Source of the DNA: Pseudogymnoascus verrucosus | Lineage: Eukaryota | Direction: 5' to 3' (one strand) | Assembly (NCBI GenBank): GCA_001662655.1 | Contig: KV460207.1 | Length of the DNA stretch: 64,000 nucleotides | In this document: piece after piece, positions 25,214 to 38,223 of the stretch | Layout of the letters: each line of letters opens with the position of its first letter | Numbering within the stretch: position 1 is the first letter of the stretch | Notes under the pieces: generated by a model | Database searches by the model: none | The model's input: the letters and a program-made list of their open reading frames with translations, nothing else | Told to the model about the DNA's origin: nothing | Position numbers and translations under genes: made by a program

Positions 25214-26584
25214 GGTCAATGGAAGTGAGGGGTCTTCGATTGAGGTTCGGGGAAGGGCTGGCTGTGAGGAGTGAAGGAAGAGGGACAGGCGACACAGAGG
25301 ATGCTGGGCGCCGATCTTTATATGAGGAGAGGAGTAGGGCTTAGTAGCGCGTTGGAGCTCGTGGCACAAAAATCAGAAGGCAGGGGACCGGGGCGAAGTT
25401 TGGAAATGCAGCTGCAGGAAACGACAGTAGTGTACTGTGAAAGCGTGGGTAGGTGAGACTTAATCCTTGCATGTGATGCTAATGATAGTTTAGTATTGGA
25501 AAAGCATGGTGTTAGAGAAGAAGTAGGGAAGCCTTAGGGCAGAGTGAACGATGACGAAAAACGCATGGCGACGATCCCATTGGGGAATTTGGAGAAGAGA
25601 GAGAGACACCGAGACAGCAAACAATCCCCAAGGTTGACTTGTCCGAGGCTTCCCCGATGTTCCCCCACTTTTGCCCCTGTCACACTAAAGTCTCTAATGT
25701 CTAGGCTTAGCGCGGCCCGTTGATAGGAACGGGACAGTTATTCAGGCACATGTCCAATCCCCGACCAAGGATTGGTTATTGTCAGACACTGTGACCTGTT
25801 TGTTATAGCATGAGTAACTGGAGTAACTGTTCTCTCGGTGAGTACGAGGAGTGCTTACTCGTACGCCTTTTTTTTTTGTACAACTATATCAGAGTACGGT
25901 GTAAATAATGCGACCGTGATATACTGCACATTCTGTATTTTGGACAGTAATATCCGAAGTAATGTCCGAAACAAGACACTCTTCGCAAAACAAGCCTCGC
26001 CGAGCTCTGGGCGTCCTGGGCATTCTGGGCATTCTATCCAATCTTTGGTTTCCCGTCTTGTCTTGGTGCTTGTCTCTCCTTGGCGATCGTCGTGGCTTGC
26101 CCCCCATTTACAGCTGACTAATCACAACAACCTCCATCAACCTTGTCAACCTCGTCAACCCCCTGTGAGGTTTCTGCACGAAGGGGAAGGCGCAATGGAC
26201 AAAACTGACCTTCATCGCTCCTGCCACGGACCGCCCCTTGCATCTTCTCCAAACCCTCAGCCGCTCCTTCCCGTTTGATCCGTTCCACGTGCGGCTGCCG
26301 CTCCCTCTCTTTCGTTTTCTATCCCTGCCATTCTCTTGACCTTCCCCCTCTTCTTCCAACGTTACATCCGTCCAGGGTATTCGCTTTACTTGCATGCTTC
26401 TGCGTTCTACGCTCTGACTGTCCCCTGGTATCAATAATACGAGTAGTGCTTCTTTGCATCTTTTCTTTTTTCCTTCTAGCTTCGACTCTAGTTTCTGCTG
26501 GAGCGTGTTATCTTATTACCCTCGTGCTCTGGCGCCGAGCCTTGGCCTTCCACTTGGATGGTCTAGCTGCGCCCCTTCGATTTC

Positions 26585-28712
26585 ATGGTCGATCTCGTGG
26601 ACATGATAGACAGAGCAGCCATAACAGCCGCCGAGCAAAACCAGCAAGCCAAGATGTCTCCAGCTCCGGCAACTATGGCGCCTCCCGAGATGACGGGTGC
26701 CGTTAATCCCAAGGATACCTTCTACAATGACCAGCTGCCGCCTCCGCCTCCACCTCCCGCGAGACGTTGCCATGTCTTCTTTTGGGCTGTTTTGAGCGTT
26801 GTCTTGTTTGTTGTTCTCGGTCTTGGACTCGGCTTGGGCCTCGGGTTGGGTCTGCACAAGCCGGCCCGGGGTTTCTCATCTCCGGTCACTGGCCCCGATT
26901 GCCCGTGTTCGGCTTGTCCCTGTGTGGTTGAAGGTCCCCGCCCGGACATCCCGACGGATTTGCCGCCATGGCGTCTTCCTGATGAAGAGTATCACCTGAG
27001 CATGGATTGGGATATCTATGCTCCTCCTACTACCCGTGTGTATAACTTCACTGTGGAAGAGATTCAGGCTGCTCCTGATGGTATGTCAATCTTCTCTGTG
27101 CTCACTCACCACATGAGTTACTAACATCTGCAGGTGTTCTCCGCAAGATGATCACCATCAATGGGAAGTTTCCTGGTCCAATGATCCGTGCGAACATGGG
27201 AGATCGGATCAAGGTGCACGTCACGAACGAGCTCAGTGAGCCCACCTCTATCCACTGGCACGGCATGTTCCAGTATGGCTCCAACTGGATGGATGGCACA
27301 TCAGGCATATCACAGTGCCCTATCCCACCAGGACGTAGCTTCACGTATGATTTCTTGATTGACGGTCAATACGGCTCGTACTGGTATCATTCCCACTACT
27401 CAACTCAATATACTGATGGCATGGTTGGGCCACTCATCATCCATGCCCCAGAAGAGGCGGAAGTACGCAAGCTTTACGACCACGATGAGGTGATAATGCT
27501 CCAAGATTGGTATCATGACATGAGCAAAGATCTTCTGCCAGCATACCTCGCTTCAGGAAATGAGAACAAGGAGCCAACTCCAGATAATGCATTGATACAG
27601 GGAACGAATATGTGAGTTTGCCGCTTTAGTCCCTGAAAATGACGAAGACTTACACCAGCAGATTCGACTGCTCCAAATATGACGCATCCAGCAACCGCAC
27701 GTGTGAGGGCAACTCGACGAGAGCAGTCTTCGGGGTCACCAAGGGCTCGAGTTACCGCTACCGACTCATCAACGTCGGGGCATTTGCTGGATTCTATTTC
27801 TCCGTGGATAACCACACCATAACCGTCATTGAGGCAGACGCCACATTAGTTGAGCCCGTTGAGACCCACCGCATATCGATCAACATCGCGCAGCGCTACT
27901 CAGTCATCGTACACGCCAACCAGCCTGAGGCGAACTACTTCATCCGTGCAGACATGATAACAACCTGCTTCGCCCAGCCCAACCCCGTCCTCGACTCCCT
28001 CGCCCTCGCCGTTCTCTCGTACACCGAGACGACTGATACCCCCACAAGCGTCGACTGGGACCCGAGCGAGGCTACTGTTTGTCAGGACTTCAACAGCACC
28101 CTCCTCATACCGACCGAGGTGGTTTCCGCGCCTCCTGCTGACGTCCTCTATTACTTCATGGCCTCCTTCCAGATTGGCGCGTACGCTCTTGACCGCGCCT
28201 TCTTCAACGATACCACCTGGACGACCGCTAACATCCCAACCATCAACCAAGCCGTCGACGGAATCAACAACGCTTCCACTGCTCACCTGTTTTCGGCAGA
28301 TGGAGTCAGCTCAGGCTTCTCAGACAACCAACTCGTCGTCTCAGTCCCGAAGGGCCGGGTGGTCGATTTCCTCGTCCAGAGCTTAGATGATGGGGCGCAC
28401 CCCTTCCATCTCCATGGTCATGAGTTCTGGGTCATGGCACAGAGCCCCGTGCCCGCCACTACGGGCTATTTCCCCTGGGAGACCTATGGCAGCCTCAACA
28501 CAACGAATCCGCTCCGTAGGGATACGCTGACAATTGGCCCATTTGGATGGGCGTTGCTTAGGTTCGAGGCCGATCATGAGGGCTTGTGGCCGTTTCATTG
28601 CCATATTATTTGGCATATGGAGGCGGGGCTGCTGATGCAGTTCATGACTGGCGCGCATGAGTTGGCGAAGATCGGTATTCCAGACGATGTGAGGGACTTG
28701 TGCGATGTTTAA
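26585..28712 (+). CDS. Multicopper oxidase (laccase-like) with N-terminal transmembrane anchor
   Basis: Three exons. Cu motifs HWHG, WYHSH, HPFHLHGH and HCHIIWHMEAGL. TM segment FFWAVLSVVLFVVLGLGLGLGLGLGL. The exact start Met is uncertain. Confidence 0.9.
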
Positions 28713-29075
28713 TTCGTGATGCGTGCGTCCGTCGTCTAGGCGTGTGCCTAAGTTGGGGAGATTACTGGGAGTTTGTCGACGGGAATAATGATAATGACGG
28801 TCAAAACGGGGGAGTTTGTATTCGTTATGCGCGGAGTTTCGTTTTTTGGTTTTTGGTTTTGATTAGAATTGCCTGCGCTGGCGTATCGATACCAGGGATC
28901 AGTATTAGGAGTTTGTGTTTACAGCATCCGATTCATGGTAGCGATAGGAGTATACGGTAGATCAGGAAGCAGGGCTATTATTATTCTAGGCCCTTCCATT
29001 AATCAGAACCCTATTTTAGTTTCCAGCACAATGAATCCCTTCTATTCCACATAGGAATTTAACTGACTTGGTGTA

Positions 29076-30839
29076 CTACAAACACTGTGAATACCAGTCA
29101 TTTGAGTATTTGCAAGTAAACGGGCTCTGGCAAGCCGTCGCGCCTGTATAACCTATTCCCCCACATTGTCCATATTGCGCGACTGTTCCCCCAGGGATGG
29201 TCGTAGTAGTACCACCACCGCTGGATGTAGGCGTAGAAACAGGGTTGGTGTTTGTAGGAGGAGTACTCTGGGCAGGGCTCGAAGTGGTATACCCCGGCGA
29301 ATCCATAGCAAACGAGTTGACCTTAACATAACCACCCAGCGCCTTCGTAGCATGGTTAAAGATAGCATATCGATACCCCATGAAGAACTGCCACGCATTA
29401 TTCATTGTCAAGCTCCCCAGCTTCGTGAACGTCGTGCCATCCGTACTATAGTAAAACGACCCCTGTTGTGATGCCCCAGGATGGATGTCTGCGTAGATCC
29501 GTAACCAGATCTTACCCCCTGATACCGTGGCACCGGCGACTTCGGACCCGGTACTGGAGGTCGCCCAGGTGGACGTCATGGTTAGCCCGGAGTACATTGA
29601 GACGCGGAATGTGCCGCCGTTGTTGACCACCCCTATCCAGGCGCTGGTGTCGCGCAACAGGGCGAGGCCGGCGCGATCACCGTCTTTGGTGGTGCTGTAG
29701 TCGAGGAGAATTGTGCCGGAGGAGGTGGGGCCGAGGATGCGGTGGGTGAGGGTGTTGCGGGCAGCGTAGAGGTCGGATGTCACTGTTGTGGTGTAGAGAG
29801 TTAGACCGTTGTTAACGGTGAATTTGGTGGTGTCGGGGTTGTGGTTCCATTCCCATTCCGGGCCGAGTGACGTTCCAGAAAATGTGTCGGTGCCAGCGGG
29901 GGATTTGAGGGCGTGCGCGGGCAGGGGGAGGGGGTAGGATGCGCCCCAGCCGCCGTTGACTTTGGTTATGGCTGGGAAGCCGTCGGTGCCCCAGGTTATG
30001 GGGGCGAGGACGGGAGTACGGCCGCCGGGGTAGTTGTCAATAAAAGCCATGTAGTGCCAGGCGCCGCTGGGGGTCTGGATTAAACCACCCTGGTGAGGAA
30101 CTCCTGATCCTGAGACGGGAGTGCCGATGTTTAAGAGCAGCTCCTTGACTGTGTAGGGTCCGAAGGGGCCGCTGGTGGAGCGCAAGACGTATTGTCCGTT
30201 TGCGGGCCTGGTGACGAAGATGTAATACGCTCCGTTGATCTTGTACATGCGTGAGCCTTCTAGAGTGCCGATGCTTGAGGGCGTGTTGTACACGACTTGT
30301 GTTTTAGCCTGGCTGAGTCCGTCGGCGGAGAGCTGGGCGACGCTGAGTTGGGTGTTGCCGTAGGCTACGTACATGGTGCCGTCGTCGTCGATGAGGAGAC
30401 CCGCGTCGTAGTAGCATGTTGAGATTGAAGCTGCCTTTGTCCATGGGCCGGTGATGGAGGGGGATGTGTAGACGTAGGTTGCTGCGTACTCGATGCAGCC
30501 GATCCAGTAGTAGAGTTTTCTTGTTGGGTGGTATCGCATTGTTGAGGCGTAGATGCCCTTCACGTAGGCGCTTTGGCCGCTCACTAAGTTGTATTTGGTT
30601 CCCCAGTCGAGGGTGGGAACGGAGTGGCCGATGAACTCCCAGTTTACTAGGTCGTAGGAGCGCAGGATTGGGGCGCCGGGGGAGTAGTGCATCGTGGATG
30701 CGGAGTAGTAGTAGACATCGTCGACGCGGAAGATGTCGAGGTCGGCGAGGTCTTCCCAGAGTACGGGGTTGGAGTACTGCTGGCCGAAAATGGGCATGGC
30801 GTAAAGGAAGGCAACGAGAGCTGAAAGAATAATTTTCAT
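29076..30839 (-). CDS. Secreted GH43 beta-xylosidase/arabinofuranosidase with C-terminal CBM1
   Basis: Signal peptide; [15 protein letters not shown] and [11 protein letters not shown] linker; CBM1 [16 protein letters not shown]...YSQCL; intronless. Confidence 0.93.
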   Translation of the reverse strand: MKIILSALVAFLYAMPIFGQQYSNPVLWEDLADLDIFRVDDVYYYSASTMHYSPGAPILRSYDLVNWEFIGHSVPTLDWGTKYNLVSGQSAYVKGIYASTMRYHPTRKLYYWIGCIEYAATYVYTSPSITGPWTKAASISTCYYDAGLLIDDDGTMYVAYGNTQLSVAQLSADGLSQAKTQVVYNTPSSIGTLEGSRMYKINGAYYIFVTRPANGQYVLRSTSGPFGPYTVKELLLNIGTPVSGSGVPHQGGLIQTPSGAWHYMAFIDNYPGGRTPVLAPITWGTDGFPAITKVNGGWGASYPLPLPAHALKSPAGTDTFSGTSLGPEWEWNHNPDTTKFTVNNGLTLYTTTVTSDLYAARNTLTHRILGPTSSGTILLDYSTTKDGDRAGLALLRDTSAWIGVVNNGGTFRVSMYSGLTMTSTWATSSTGSEVAGATVSGGKIWLRIYADIHPGASQQGSFYYSTDGTTFTKLGSLTMNNAWQFFMGYRYAIFNHATKALGGYVKVNSFAMDSPGYTTSSPAQSTPPTNTNPVSTPTSSGGGTTTTIPGGTVAQYGQCGGIGYTGATACQSPFTCKYSNDWYSQCL

Positions 30840-31858
30840 TGTGGCAATAGTAAAATTGTGATAATAGGAAGATTAAGTTAAAACTGACCAAGTTTTAAAC
30901 ACGTTCGTATAAAATGGTGAACGCGATTCATTGAATTTTATATCAATCATCGGGAAAGTGTAAGTAGCAGCTACAACTTTGGATAAACTGGCTTAAAGTT
31001 GAGGAAATCGACGATTACCGGGACTTGCGCTGATTTTTTAGGTTAAAGTTAATATCCACGAAGCAAATGCTTTTGCATATCATGGGCTGTGGTGTTTCTC
31101 CGCATTTAATAAACGATTAGCAGGGGTTATTTGTTAAACATATAGTACGCCCACCGGGGAAGTCATAAAAAAGGCCAAGCCCTGTGGGTTAAGGTTTTAG
31201 GCTATATTCGACGATAAAGTTTCCTACCTTTGCATTGCCTTGGTTAAGAGATTTAACGCCACCTGCCACATTTAGGAGGAGCTAGAAGGAGCTGTGGACT
31301 AAATAGAAGTGCGGGGAAGTTAAATAAAACATCTCGTTATTCTTAGATATAGAAAACAGATTAACCTCGTCTAATAGTATAGTAGTCAGATGCGGCGTCT
31401 GACTACTATACTGGCCCTCCGTTCTTTCAAGCTTCTAATGGGAAACGTCGGCTGTTTGGAGTTTTCTAGTAGCCATTGTGTGTTGAAAATGTGCCATAGT
31501 CTCTGTAAGGCGAAGCTTATATTTATCATCCTTTTTATATTCTTTAACGTTAACGGATTTTTTATACAATAAAGTAACTTCCTGGGGTCGGAGCTGCTGA
31601 ATTTGGCACGGCGCAGTTGCTGCTTTACGCATCCTTTACTCTTTTTTTATTCTTCCTTGCAAAATTTTACTTAAATAATGGCACAAGCTTCAGCTATGCT
31701 TCGTAGTTTGCATGAAAACAAGTCTGCTGTAACAATGTACAGTTGCGCTCGCGTTACACCTCATTGAGCCAAAAAAAGACTACATTATTCCGGCTCGCCC
31801 GGAATACGCGCCACACGCTATATATACTGTAACGGTTGGCCAGCATCACCCCGTTACA

Positions 31859-31889
31859 ATGACAGAGCGGACGGGATGCCCAAGTCTCT
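31859..31889 (-). pseudogene. Short 5S rRNA gene fragment
   Basis: 29/31 nt identical to 59210-59240 (ttgggcatcccgtccgctctg core on the minus strand). Confidence 0.7.
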
Positions 31890-32259
31890 GTGACCCTCCA
31901 TCGCTTTAACTAGAAACGCGAACGGCCAATAATCCTCCCAATAGCCGTAACGGGAAGCTTCTACAAGCACATAGGATAGAATATCATGTCAATGTCAAGG
32001 GCAATGTAATACAGAGAGGTGCCGTTGTTATAAGGAAGCCAAGGAGCCTAGTATACACTGTTATAACGATGGCTATAACTGTAGCTATTTATCAGGTCTA
32101 GCTACTTATATAGAGATAGCTTTAGTTGAGAGGCCCTCATCGGAAACAAGCACGGGCAGACATGGTAGTCAATGCCATATAGATTGGTTTGTGGTCGGGC
32201 CGGCTAGTTCATGAGCCAGCTAAGTTCACGGTTGGGCCGGAACATGCAGCTAGATCAGC

Positions 32260-33546
32260 TTAGTTCTTTTTGGCCTCGATGGTGAAGGAGTAGGCGGGTT
32301 CCAAGTCGTTCTTGACAGGAAACAAGTTACCACCTTCATAGGTCATGTCGCGAGTGTAGTACTCAACGTTGACGGACTTCTTGCTGATGTCCATGGTGAC
32401 AAATCCGTTAGCAGCTGCCTGCTCGTTGGCTCCAAGATACTTGACGAAAGGTCCTAGCTTGACACCATTGTTGCAGTCTCCTGCTTCAGGATAGCCAGCA
32501 CCGCCAGTCAGAATGAAGTTCGTGTTGTTGGCATAGTAGTGGGCGAGGCAGTGGTCGTGGCCGTTAACAACGATGCCATTGTACTTGCTCACGATCTCAA
32601 CGAAGGGAGCAAGCTCGGTGTAGTTTGAGCTAGACGAAACATAACCATGGTGAATTTGCAGGAACTTCCATTGGGCGTCAGACTTAGAGAACGCCTCCTC
32701 GACAAAGTCAACCTGTTCCTGCTTAGTTTCGTAGCAGGCCTTGGTATAGTCATTCTGGTAGACTGAATTGCTCTTCTGGTAGTTCTCAATGAAGCAGTCG
32801 GAGTCCACAACCGCGAATGTGGCTTTCCAGTCCTTGCCAGACAAATCGTAGGTGTAGTAGGGAAGGTTCTCAGTACCAAAATACCACCTGCTATCATACA
32901 GAGGAGCGATCTTGGTCTGGAATTCCACACCGCTTGTGCCCTTGACAACGTCGTGGTTGCCCAAGCACTGGTACCACGGGGTGTTGTTGAAGATTTTACC
33001 GGTGTACATGTTAGACCATGCCTCCTCAAAGCGAATGATGCCGTTGGTGGAAAAATCAATGGCGCTGGAGTAGAAGTTGTCGCCGACGGACACAAATGCG
33101 TCACAGTCCTTCTTGGCGCAAACCTTCTCAATGTAAGACGCAGTGGCCACTGTTGAAAAAATCGCATTCAATTAGCCTAGTCCATAGGGAAGACAGCAGG
33201 AATTATAACATACTCTGGTCCGCAGTGGCATTTTTGATGTTACCGCGGTCTCCAGCATCACAGTCATTCTGGATCTCGCGAGGAATGGTGATGTTGTTCG
33301 CGATCAGGCGCGGCATCACATTATTACAGAAGTTCACGGGGGCAGGCTCCCATCCAGTCCAGCCAAAATCTAAACTCGGATATTAGCGAGGTTGGTCTAG
33401 AATGCAAAGAATGACGAGATCCTACCACCAATGACACCTACAGTGAGCACATCTTCTTTAGGTACAGGCTTGGCCTGATAGCCTTCGGCGGAGATGAGGC
33501 ATGCTGCTGTGGCTAAGGCCAAGGCAGTTAGCTTGACGATTGACAT
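32260..33546 (-). CDS. Secreted calcineurin-like metallophosphoesterase (purple/tartrate-resistant acid phosphatase-like)
   Basis: Signal peptide MSIVKLTALALATAACLISA and two introns. Motifs G|DFG, GDNFY, GNHD and GHDH. Confidence 0.88.
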
Positions 33547-33685
33547 GATGAACGTTGACCAACACTTGACAGAAGTAACAGATAGGTGGTTGAAGATTCT
33601 CGTTAGAGGATTATGGGGGGGCGTATCGTGCTTTAAATCCTTACATTCTTGTCATACAGATCCCGTCAAGATAGATGGCAGATGC

Positions 33686-34027
33686 CACGTGCGTTGCCCT
33701 TTGCACTTGACTATAGATTTACTCTTCAAAGAACTTGACCATTATTTCCCAGTTTGCTTTTCGTCCTCGACGATGTTTCGTCTCGCCACTACAGCAAATA
33801 AGATTAGATGCTAAGACCACGTTTCTCGAATGTATCCTGCCCTAGTTCTCTGCGCAATCACAGCATTGTTAGGTCGTGGCGGGAGCTATGTTAACTAATG
33901 TAGATCTGCAGTACCCATCATACATATAAAGGCGCCAATTCCCAACCTTTTGAAGTCTATACCCCCGCCTAAAAGCTTACTTCGTGCTTTGGTGGAGATG
34001 ACATTAACGCCAAGATCCACCCACGTG
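33686..34027. promoter_or_regulatory. Candidate Pho4/NUC-1/PalcA sites upstream of the metallophosphatase
   Basis: CACGTG at 33686-33691 and 34022-34027, and CACGTT at 33818-33823, all within 500 bp of the ATG at 33546. Confidence 0.5.
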
Positions 34028-34120
34028 CCTGATTTCTTGGCGGCTGTAGGGTCCCCTGTCCCGTCCTCTTGGCGCTCTAGACAGTTTTGGCCTGGGGAAT
34101 GATATTAACGACAAGACCCC

Positions 34121-34231
34121 CCTCGGCTCACCTTGCTCATCCTTGCTTCACCCATTCAGGCAGCAAGGGGCTCAGATTCCACGCCATGCCTATTGGCACG
34201 ATTGATTATTAATCCATTAGATTACAAGCTT
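34121..34231 (-). repeat. Composite repeat copy D: foreign body ending at the CAAGCTT junction
   Basis: ggctcacc...ttcaggcagcaagggg...gattccacgccatgcctattggcacgattga matches 48529-48618. It ends in caagctt (34225-34231). Confidence 0.8.
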
Positions 34232-34253
34232 TTAGTAGATTAATACTCAGGAC

Positions 34254-34446
34254 TAGGGTGCGTCATGGGGAACCACCGACCCAAGACCGGACCATGGTCT
34301 GTTCTAGTCCCAAATCTTCAGACTAGACCACGGTCCGATCTGAAGGTATGGGGCCATTGGGGGACCACAGCGGTCTAGGCGGTTCGCCCTGGATTTTCAA
34401 CTCAGACCGGCGGTTTCGAATCGGCGGTCCCCCATGACGCACCCGA
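34254..34446. mobile_element. hAT-type MITE, 193 bp
   Basis: 26-bp TIRs matching 23/26 (tagggtgcgtcatggggaaccaccga / tcggcggtcccccatgacgcacccga) and a perfect 8-bp TSD ctcaggac at 34246-34253 and 34447-34454. Confidence 0.9.
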
Positions 34447-36991
34447 CTCAGGACAATGCCATCCAGAATGGCGGGTAAGCGAAATTTTCATGCCCTGTAA
34501 TGATCCGGTTGCCTCCCTCGGCTACATGATGGCGACCACGGCTTCTTTAGCCCATGCTGTATTAATTTAAACTGCTAGACTGCTAGACTAAATAGAGCGA
34601 ACTTGGATGCTACTTTCGCGTAGGTCCTTCATAAGCTGGGTCTTCCCTGACATTAAACTTCGCGCATCAATCCACATGTAGCTGGTGTTCTCTGATTAAG
34701 TCAACAACACACCACCCTCTGACTCCGAGCCTTTCCCGCTGTCCCCTTACCCCTCCTGTAAGCAACTAATTTGGTCTGCCAACTCTTTTCCGTCCTTATC
34801 TGAAACGGAAAGTCGAGGACTTGACCTAGCAGAGATATGTGTTGTTGCGTGCCCAGGTTTAGGATGATTTGGGTATTCCCAGTCGTTGAATCTGGTCGCC
34901 ACATACTTGGGCCTCACTGTCGTTCGATAGGTCGCAAAGTGTCAAGTCTGATCTGAGCAATGACATCTCGTTGAATTTTCTCTTTTGAGCCAAACCCCGC
35001 GCGGCATACCTCGCGACTGAGATTATAAGATACATAGACGCAGCCGTCGTTCTATAAAGGCTTCTCTACGTAAATGAACTCATAGAAGGAAGGCTATGCC
35101 GTAACACGAAAACTATTCAACATGACTTCCCAAAACTAGTTCTCAACATCAAGTTAGTGGTCTTGTCACTATTAATCTCGAAACACTCTTCGCTCGAGAC
35201 TCCAGCGAGACGATTAAACTTTTCGAAGTAGCAAAAGAATACGGCTTATGTGTGGCAGACAGGCCCTACTCATTGAGTTTCATATATCAGATTCCATTAT
35301 CATCATACTCTATAAGCTCCTCCTCTGGAAGACTAAACAATGCTTCGTGAAAAGCATATATTCCATCTATGAGACGTAGAAAAGCCCGCGTCTTGCTGTG
35401 TCCCCTACGCTTGCTAAAATACTATGCGCAACACTTTCACGAACCTGGTCCGCCCCAAACCGCACACACTAACCTAGGCAGCCTGACCGTCCTTTTCAGC
35501 AAGCACCCTGGGCTACAGGTTCTTCAGAAGGGAGCGGGGGAGTGGAGTTTGTAGAGCCGCGCTATAAATATAGACGATGGGATGGAAATGATGACAAATG
35601 GGCTGTTGCATTCGACTTTGCACCGGGTGGTGCTGCCGAGGGACAAGGCAGTGACGACGAGGCATTCGTTTGCTGCGCGGGCGGAGGAACATACGCCACG
35701 CCGTTAATTAGTATTCGGACCCCTTTAATTCCGCCGAGGGAACAGGCGTCGAGGATTCTCACGAGTGGGAAGTGGCTCGATAAAATGTTTGGCATGTTAA
35801 GAGCGAAGAGGCATGATAGTGACCAGGCGTGGGCGATGAGGGGTCCCCAGAGGGTTGCTGTGATGTTGAGATAGCGATGATATTCGATTTTTTCGAGTTT
35901 TTCGAGTTTTTTCGAGTCTTGGAAGAGTTGTTATATTTCTTTATCTAGCTATTGTTGAACTGTGAAAGAGGGAATTGAACTGTCAAAGTAGGTGGCTGTG
36001 GCATTAAAAAACATCAGGCTCCTTCTGCAAAACTTTTGGAAGTCTATAAGTCCACGAGTCACGTTGTCGGCAAGTTTAAGAAGCTTGTATCGCCAGATGC
36101 ATTACTAATGCTAAGATAATCTACCTCAAAAGTTATGTCACATATTAAATTCATGAATAAGCACCCATAGACTTGATACAAATCAGAGTACGCTGAACAA
36201 AAGCTGATTTAGATTTACAACCAGGTACTGTTATTATTGTTCGCCGAAAGAGAGGAAGTAATGCCATTCCATGAAACAGTGACTATTGTGATGTCCACTT
36301 TACTAGAGAATATCAGCCGTAGAGCCCTATCACCTTTAGGCTGATATCCGTAAATAGCAGATGTCTGGGGGATTACGCCAATGTAGCGAGATTGCGCCAT
36401 AGTGTTGTGTTGGTTTTGGTTGGAGAGGATTTGTAAGATCGGTAATATGTAGCACACGAGATTTATCAGAGTTTGTTACCATTTTGTCACCATCCTGTCA
36501 CCATTACATTACTAAGATGTTGGTTCAGCGGGGCGACTTCATCGGGATGGGATGGAGTACTAGGTACGACAGGGTACGGGACAGGGAATGGGCCCGAGAG
36601 TGGGCAGTGGCCTTGTAGCCTTCACCTGTGTGGGCCGCGGATATCATCTCGCCAGTCGATCGGGGGATTTCAGAGATCCGTTAGAGATATGTTAGCTCCT
36701 TTCATTCTAATTGAATATTGAGTGGTGATAGCAATTAGCTAACAAACGTCAGAAAGAAGTGGCTTATAATGGCATTGCATTGTTATTATAACATTCCTGT
36801 CTCGACCATCGCGTCCATCTCTTCATCGCACTACTATCCTCGCATTTCTTCTCTGTCTACTACTTCTATATATTCTCTTGATCTCTCAACTATCATCCTT
36901 TATCTTCCTTCTTCTTCAAGGAGTCTGATTTTATGAACAATTAAGAGTCTACTTGTCCTACAGAAAGAATCTCAAAACCCCATCAACAAAT

Positions 36992-38065
36992 ATGGCGGAC
37001 ATCATCAAAAATGTTGTCATTATTGGCGTCAGTCCCCCCGGAGATATCCTCGCCTCCTACCCCCTCCACGCCATCTTTGCCTTACAACACCTAACTAACA
37101 GACAAAAAGGCCAGCGGCAATATCGGCGCCTCAATATTTAAAGCCCTCGTTGCGTCGAACAAGTTCACCGTCTCTGTCCTCACGCGTCCCGAATCCACGC
37201 ACATCTATGCGGGTGATATCAAAATCCTTCAGTCCGACTACAGCGAAGTAAGCCTAGTCGAGGCGTTCCAGGGCCAAGACGCTGTCGTCTCTGCTCTTGG
37301 CGCAGCTGGACTAGCAGATGAGATCAAAATTATCGACGCGTGTGTCAAGGCTCGTGTAAAGCGCTTTATCCCCAGCGAGTATGGCAGCAATTCGAAAAAC
37401 GCCAAGGCCACCGCCTTGATTCCCTTCTTCGGGCTCAAGGCGCAGATCAATGCGCGTTTAGAGGCGCAGGAGGCCAATGGGCTGACTTGGACTGGAATTG
37501 CCGCTGGACCAATGTTTGACTGGGTGAGTTCCCCATTTCCGTTCACGCGAGGATATCCCTTGCGGCTTTCGCCACACGATTGACCATATTCTGAGTTATT
37601 TTTTGACAGGGTATCAACATGGGGCTTGTTGGTTTCAACATTCACACTAAGGAAGCCCTAATCTTCGACGGCGGCGACCGACGCTTCTCCACGTCTAACC
37701 TCAGCCAACTCGGCAATGCCATCGTGGCCATCCTCTCTAAGCCCACGGCGACAGTCAACCAATACCTTTACATCGATTCCTTCACCGCGTCGCAAAATGA
37801 GATCCTTGCTGCACTAGAGTCGACGACGGGAGAGAAATGGACTGTCACCAAGTCCACCACTGAGGCTGCAGTAACTGAGGGTCAGGCGCTGTTCGCTAAG
37901 GGAGACTTCTCGGGATTGTTGCTACTCTTGAAGGCAAATTTCCTTGGCGAGGGTTATGGCTCGGACTTTACGAAGGATGCGAAGTTAAGCAATGAGATCT
38001 TGGGCCTGCCAAGCCAGGATTTGACCTCCACAGTCAGGGCGCTAGTTAAGGGCGAGACGATTTAG
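36992..38065 (+). CDS. NmrA / isoflavone-reductase-like NAD(P)-binding protein
   Basis: VVIIG|ASGNIG across intron 37028-37109; GQDAVVS and RFIPSEYG; second intron after FDW. Confidence 0.88.
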
Positions 38066-38223
38066 ATCTGAAGTTCGCTATGGGGACAGTAAAGAAGCCA
38101 CCGGGCCACGGCAACCCTACTAACTACTACTGTTATTCTTGCTCCCTAAGAAACAATATTCATGGACGTCGTAATTGAACCAGATTAAATTATATAATGA
38201 ATTATACAATGATACGTCTTCAC

